From: Laetmonice hystrix
Lineage: Eukaryota
Assembly (NCBI GenBank): GCA_965235115.1
Contig: OZ249438.1
Coordinates: 20,026,001 to 20,090,000 of the forward strand
DNA length: 64,000 bases
Direction: 5' to 3'
The notes under the pieces: generated by a model
What the model saw: the letters and a program-made list of their open reading frames with translations, nothing else
The model's database searches: none
What the model was told of the DNA's origin: nothing
In this document: one piece after another, positions 61,201-64,000 of the stretch
Position numbering within the stretch: the stretch's first letter is position 1
Layout: the number at the start of each line of letters is the position of its first letter
Program-made: the position numbers and the translations under genes

Positions 61201-63727
61201 TTATTGCAGGGACAGTGAGGAAGGGTGAGCGTGATGGCCACGGTTTGCACTTAATCGCCCCAGGATACATTACAAAAAAAGTGAACTTAACATTGAGGGT
61301 GTGATGCAACAGTTAATTGCCATTTAAACACGAGGCTCTACCATAAAAGATGTGTAAAATGAGCCCTAAATGCATTTCAAAGTAAAGACCAACGACTAAG
61401 TCTAATGGTTCCACTGGGCATAGTACTTCAATTACATATTCCTCTTGCGTAGCAACTTTCACATTTTTCAAACAAATACGTGGCAAATAACTTACCGTTA
61501 ATTATTTCACATTATGCAATAAAATCCTAGTATGTATATTAATTTTATCTGGGTAGTACATCATGAAGAGGGTAAGGTAATTAGAAAGGCCAGCGGAAAT
61601 CTTGGCATGTAGATATTTAAGTAATTACTACGGTAATAAAGACACTTGGCAATGTCAAATAAGGATGACGAATTACTGCGGGTGCTGGTATTAGAGAAAT
61701 GTGTACCAGCTGAATGTTTAAAGCGAACGTGTTGTCGTAGACTTGGATCGATGCCCGGGTCTTCGTGCAATTTGTGAGTAAAATGTTACCGCAATGGGTG
61801 GATGTATAAAAGTAGCCGGATTTATAAAGTACCTGACACTCGACCCTATAATACACTGATGAAAGATTGGCCCTGAGAATTAATCATACAGGATTGTTGT
61901 TTGGGTGACGACCTCAGGAAGGGGAGCTATCCTTAAGGAAGCCCAGAACGCCGTGAACGTGAACGAACGCAGCTACAACCGGAAGTCGTGACCCGTCGTC
62001 TTTTCGTTGGTCAAGTGATGGCGTGAACCCGTTCTCGCTGCACACAATTACGCCAACTTTTCAAGTTGGGAACATTGGGAGAAATAAACATTCAATAGAC
62101 CCTCCGTGCCTCCCTAAGATAATTGACAACGAAGGCCGAGGACCAAGGACGACTGCCCCAGCCGGCGAGCCTGCCAGCACCGACATGCCACTTTCAACTG
62201 GGGGTCAGACGTTTGCACAGCCAGCGGGCGTTTCTCTATCGTCTTGGGGGTCACGCAAGCTTGTTCATTGCTCTTATTATCCCAATTATGTTACCGTGCT
62301 GTCAACAGATCAAAGGAAGACACACACGGCTATTTGGTATGCTGTGCCGATAGCAGAAGTAGGGATCTCCGCAGTTCGGTGACTATCGCAGGTCATAGTG
62401 GCAAGGCGCAACGGTAAACTGCTCAACGTGTCAATGTAAGCGCATTACCTAGAAGAAACGCAAGGAATTATGTTTAATCGTCTGATAATATAATTGGGAT
62501 GATGGATGAGTTAAAGATATTTTCTGACGGGGAAGTCTTGTACGTTATCAGAAAAATTTGGGGGGTATAATCCAGAAAAACACGCATTTAAAAAAAAGAG
62601 ATTTAAAAAGTGATTATGCTGTAGTGCGAATATGGCCGTTGACCCAGATTTGCTGACCAGGCCAACAAGATTTCAAGACCCATGATTCAATATAATGTTA
62701 GCCAACAACTCTGGATACAAATGAAGCCGCCATGCTTAAGATCTGTAGACAACATGTATCTCTAAAGTCGAGTCGAGGTCAAAGGTCAGAAACAAGTTAT
62801 CCCTTGCCCTTGCTGGAGTTGCCATCATTGATCGGGACAAGTAAACCAGTATACCAGACCGGATGTTCTCCCTAGGCGCATGCGCTAACAACCAGAGAAT
62901 CCTAAAGCCAGCAGATATTGACCCTAATGATAACTGTACTTCGTGTTATGATTTCCCTGTCCGACCGTAGTCTAAAAACTCTACTATTTAGTAGCTACCG
63001 CCAAACCGCGAGTCGACTTTCTTCGTAATGGAAGACATGGAAAACATTTACCCTAACGTCATTGGCCATTTGGCCTGTTAACTTCCGCGCTTAAAAACCC
63101 ACCTGATACCTCTCTTTGAAGCCAGTGCACTGTCATAAATCAGTAAGGACCATGACTCAATAATCTTAGATAAACGTCCACCTATTCCGCCAAGCGTTCT
63201 CAAGTTTCTCACCTCAGTGACCGCTAGGGGCGCAGCACGTGACCGGCGAATTGGGCGATAATACGACACTTCGTTACGTTAAGATAACGATAAACGGGCC
63301 ACTGATTGATTCTCCGGCGTCTACATATGTCGGAGCAAGGTGTAGCTGCTCGTACACTTCTTCAGATAGGCCTACTTCTCTGCGTTTCTTACAACCAGGA
63401 AATGTAGGTCTTCTGTCTTTGCATGGCCAAGTCAGAATTAATAGATATAGATCCGACGCTATACTCTTTGTACATAAGTTTATGGTTTCATCGTCTCCGA
63501 GACCACGCTTTTTAAAACCATGGCCTTCAAAACACCTTTTACCTGGACATATAATGTGTAGTAGGAAGGACTTCAAGACGAACATTGGCAGATAGGCCGC
63601 AATACTTAGTTTTGGGTTGTTGGTGATCGACTCCCGTGTTGACTATCGAGAGGTAAAAGTTTCTGTTCATCCACCCTGTTCGCAGTATACAGGTGAAGGA
63701 GGCACGACATCTCCGTACTCGGCTCAC

Positions 63728-63778
63728 TCTGTTAGTAATTTCGATAATGTGCCCAACCCCAGCCCAGGCGGCCATCTT
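63728..63778 (-). other. Candidate first coding exon of a minus-strand gene
   Basis: YY1-type AAGATGGCCGCC overlapping the ATG at 63775. Encodes 16 codons, MAAWAGVGHIIEITNR, then donor GA|GTGAGC in phase 0. No protein family recognised. Confidence 0.3.
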
Positions 63779-64000
63779 CTTCCTCTGATCGTGGTAATTG
63801 GCCGACAAGGCACAAAGACTACGAGTATGATGTCATGAGAACGATGTCATTACCCGGCGACCGGTTAACGCCGACTTGCTTGTCGTTTGACCTCCCATTC
63901 TCTAATTGCCTTTAACGTGAACGTGTGCTCTAATGCAAGCATACCACACAGTAGCATCCAGTCGGTTAGTTTTGACGTGGAGAAAGTATCGTCCCAGCCG

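Overview
This is metazoan genomic DNA, probably from a marine invertebrate (inferred from intron style and repeat content; species not identifiable). It is not prokaryotic. The only securely identifiable gene is the 3' half of a + strand receptor tyrosine kinase with an FGFR/RET/Torso/Cad96Ca-like kinase domain. Five coding exons (242-438, 1037-1111, 1277-1491, 1777-1914, 57020-57554) splice in frame through canonical GT-AG sites. Three introns are short (598, 165, 285 bp), but the last is 55,105 bp and fills most of the window. That intron holds a 147-N assembly gap and 11 unrelated minisatellite arrays (about 9.6 kb, about 17% of the intron). It also holds an internally deleted IS3EU-type DNA transposon with a 5' transposase remnant, a second non-autonomous element sharing the same CTCGT-N3-CACGAG subterminal motif, a TTAA-flanked MITE, and Harbinger-like and hAT-like termini. 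All long ORFs in the supplied track other than the kinase exons come from tandem repeats. The main hypotheses to test are an antisense gene interleaved with the RTK, recursive AG|GT splice points, an intronic alternative terminal exon giving a truncated kinase, and shared transposase-binding motifs between the two IS3EU-like elements. All of these are inferences from sequence alone.
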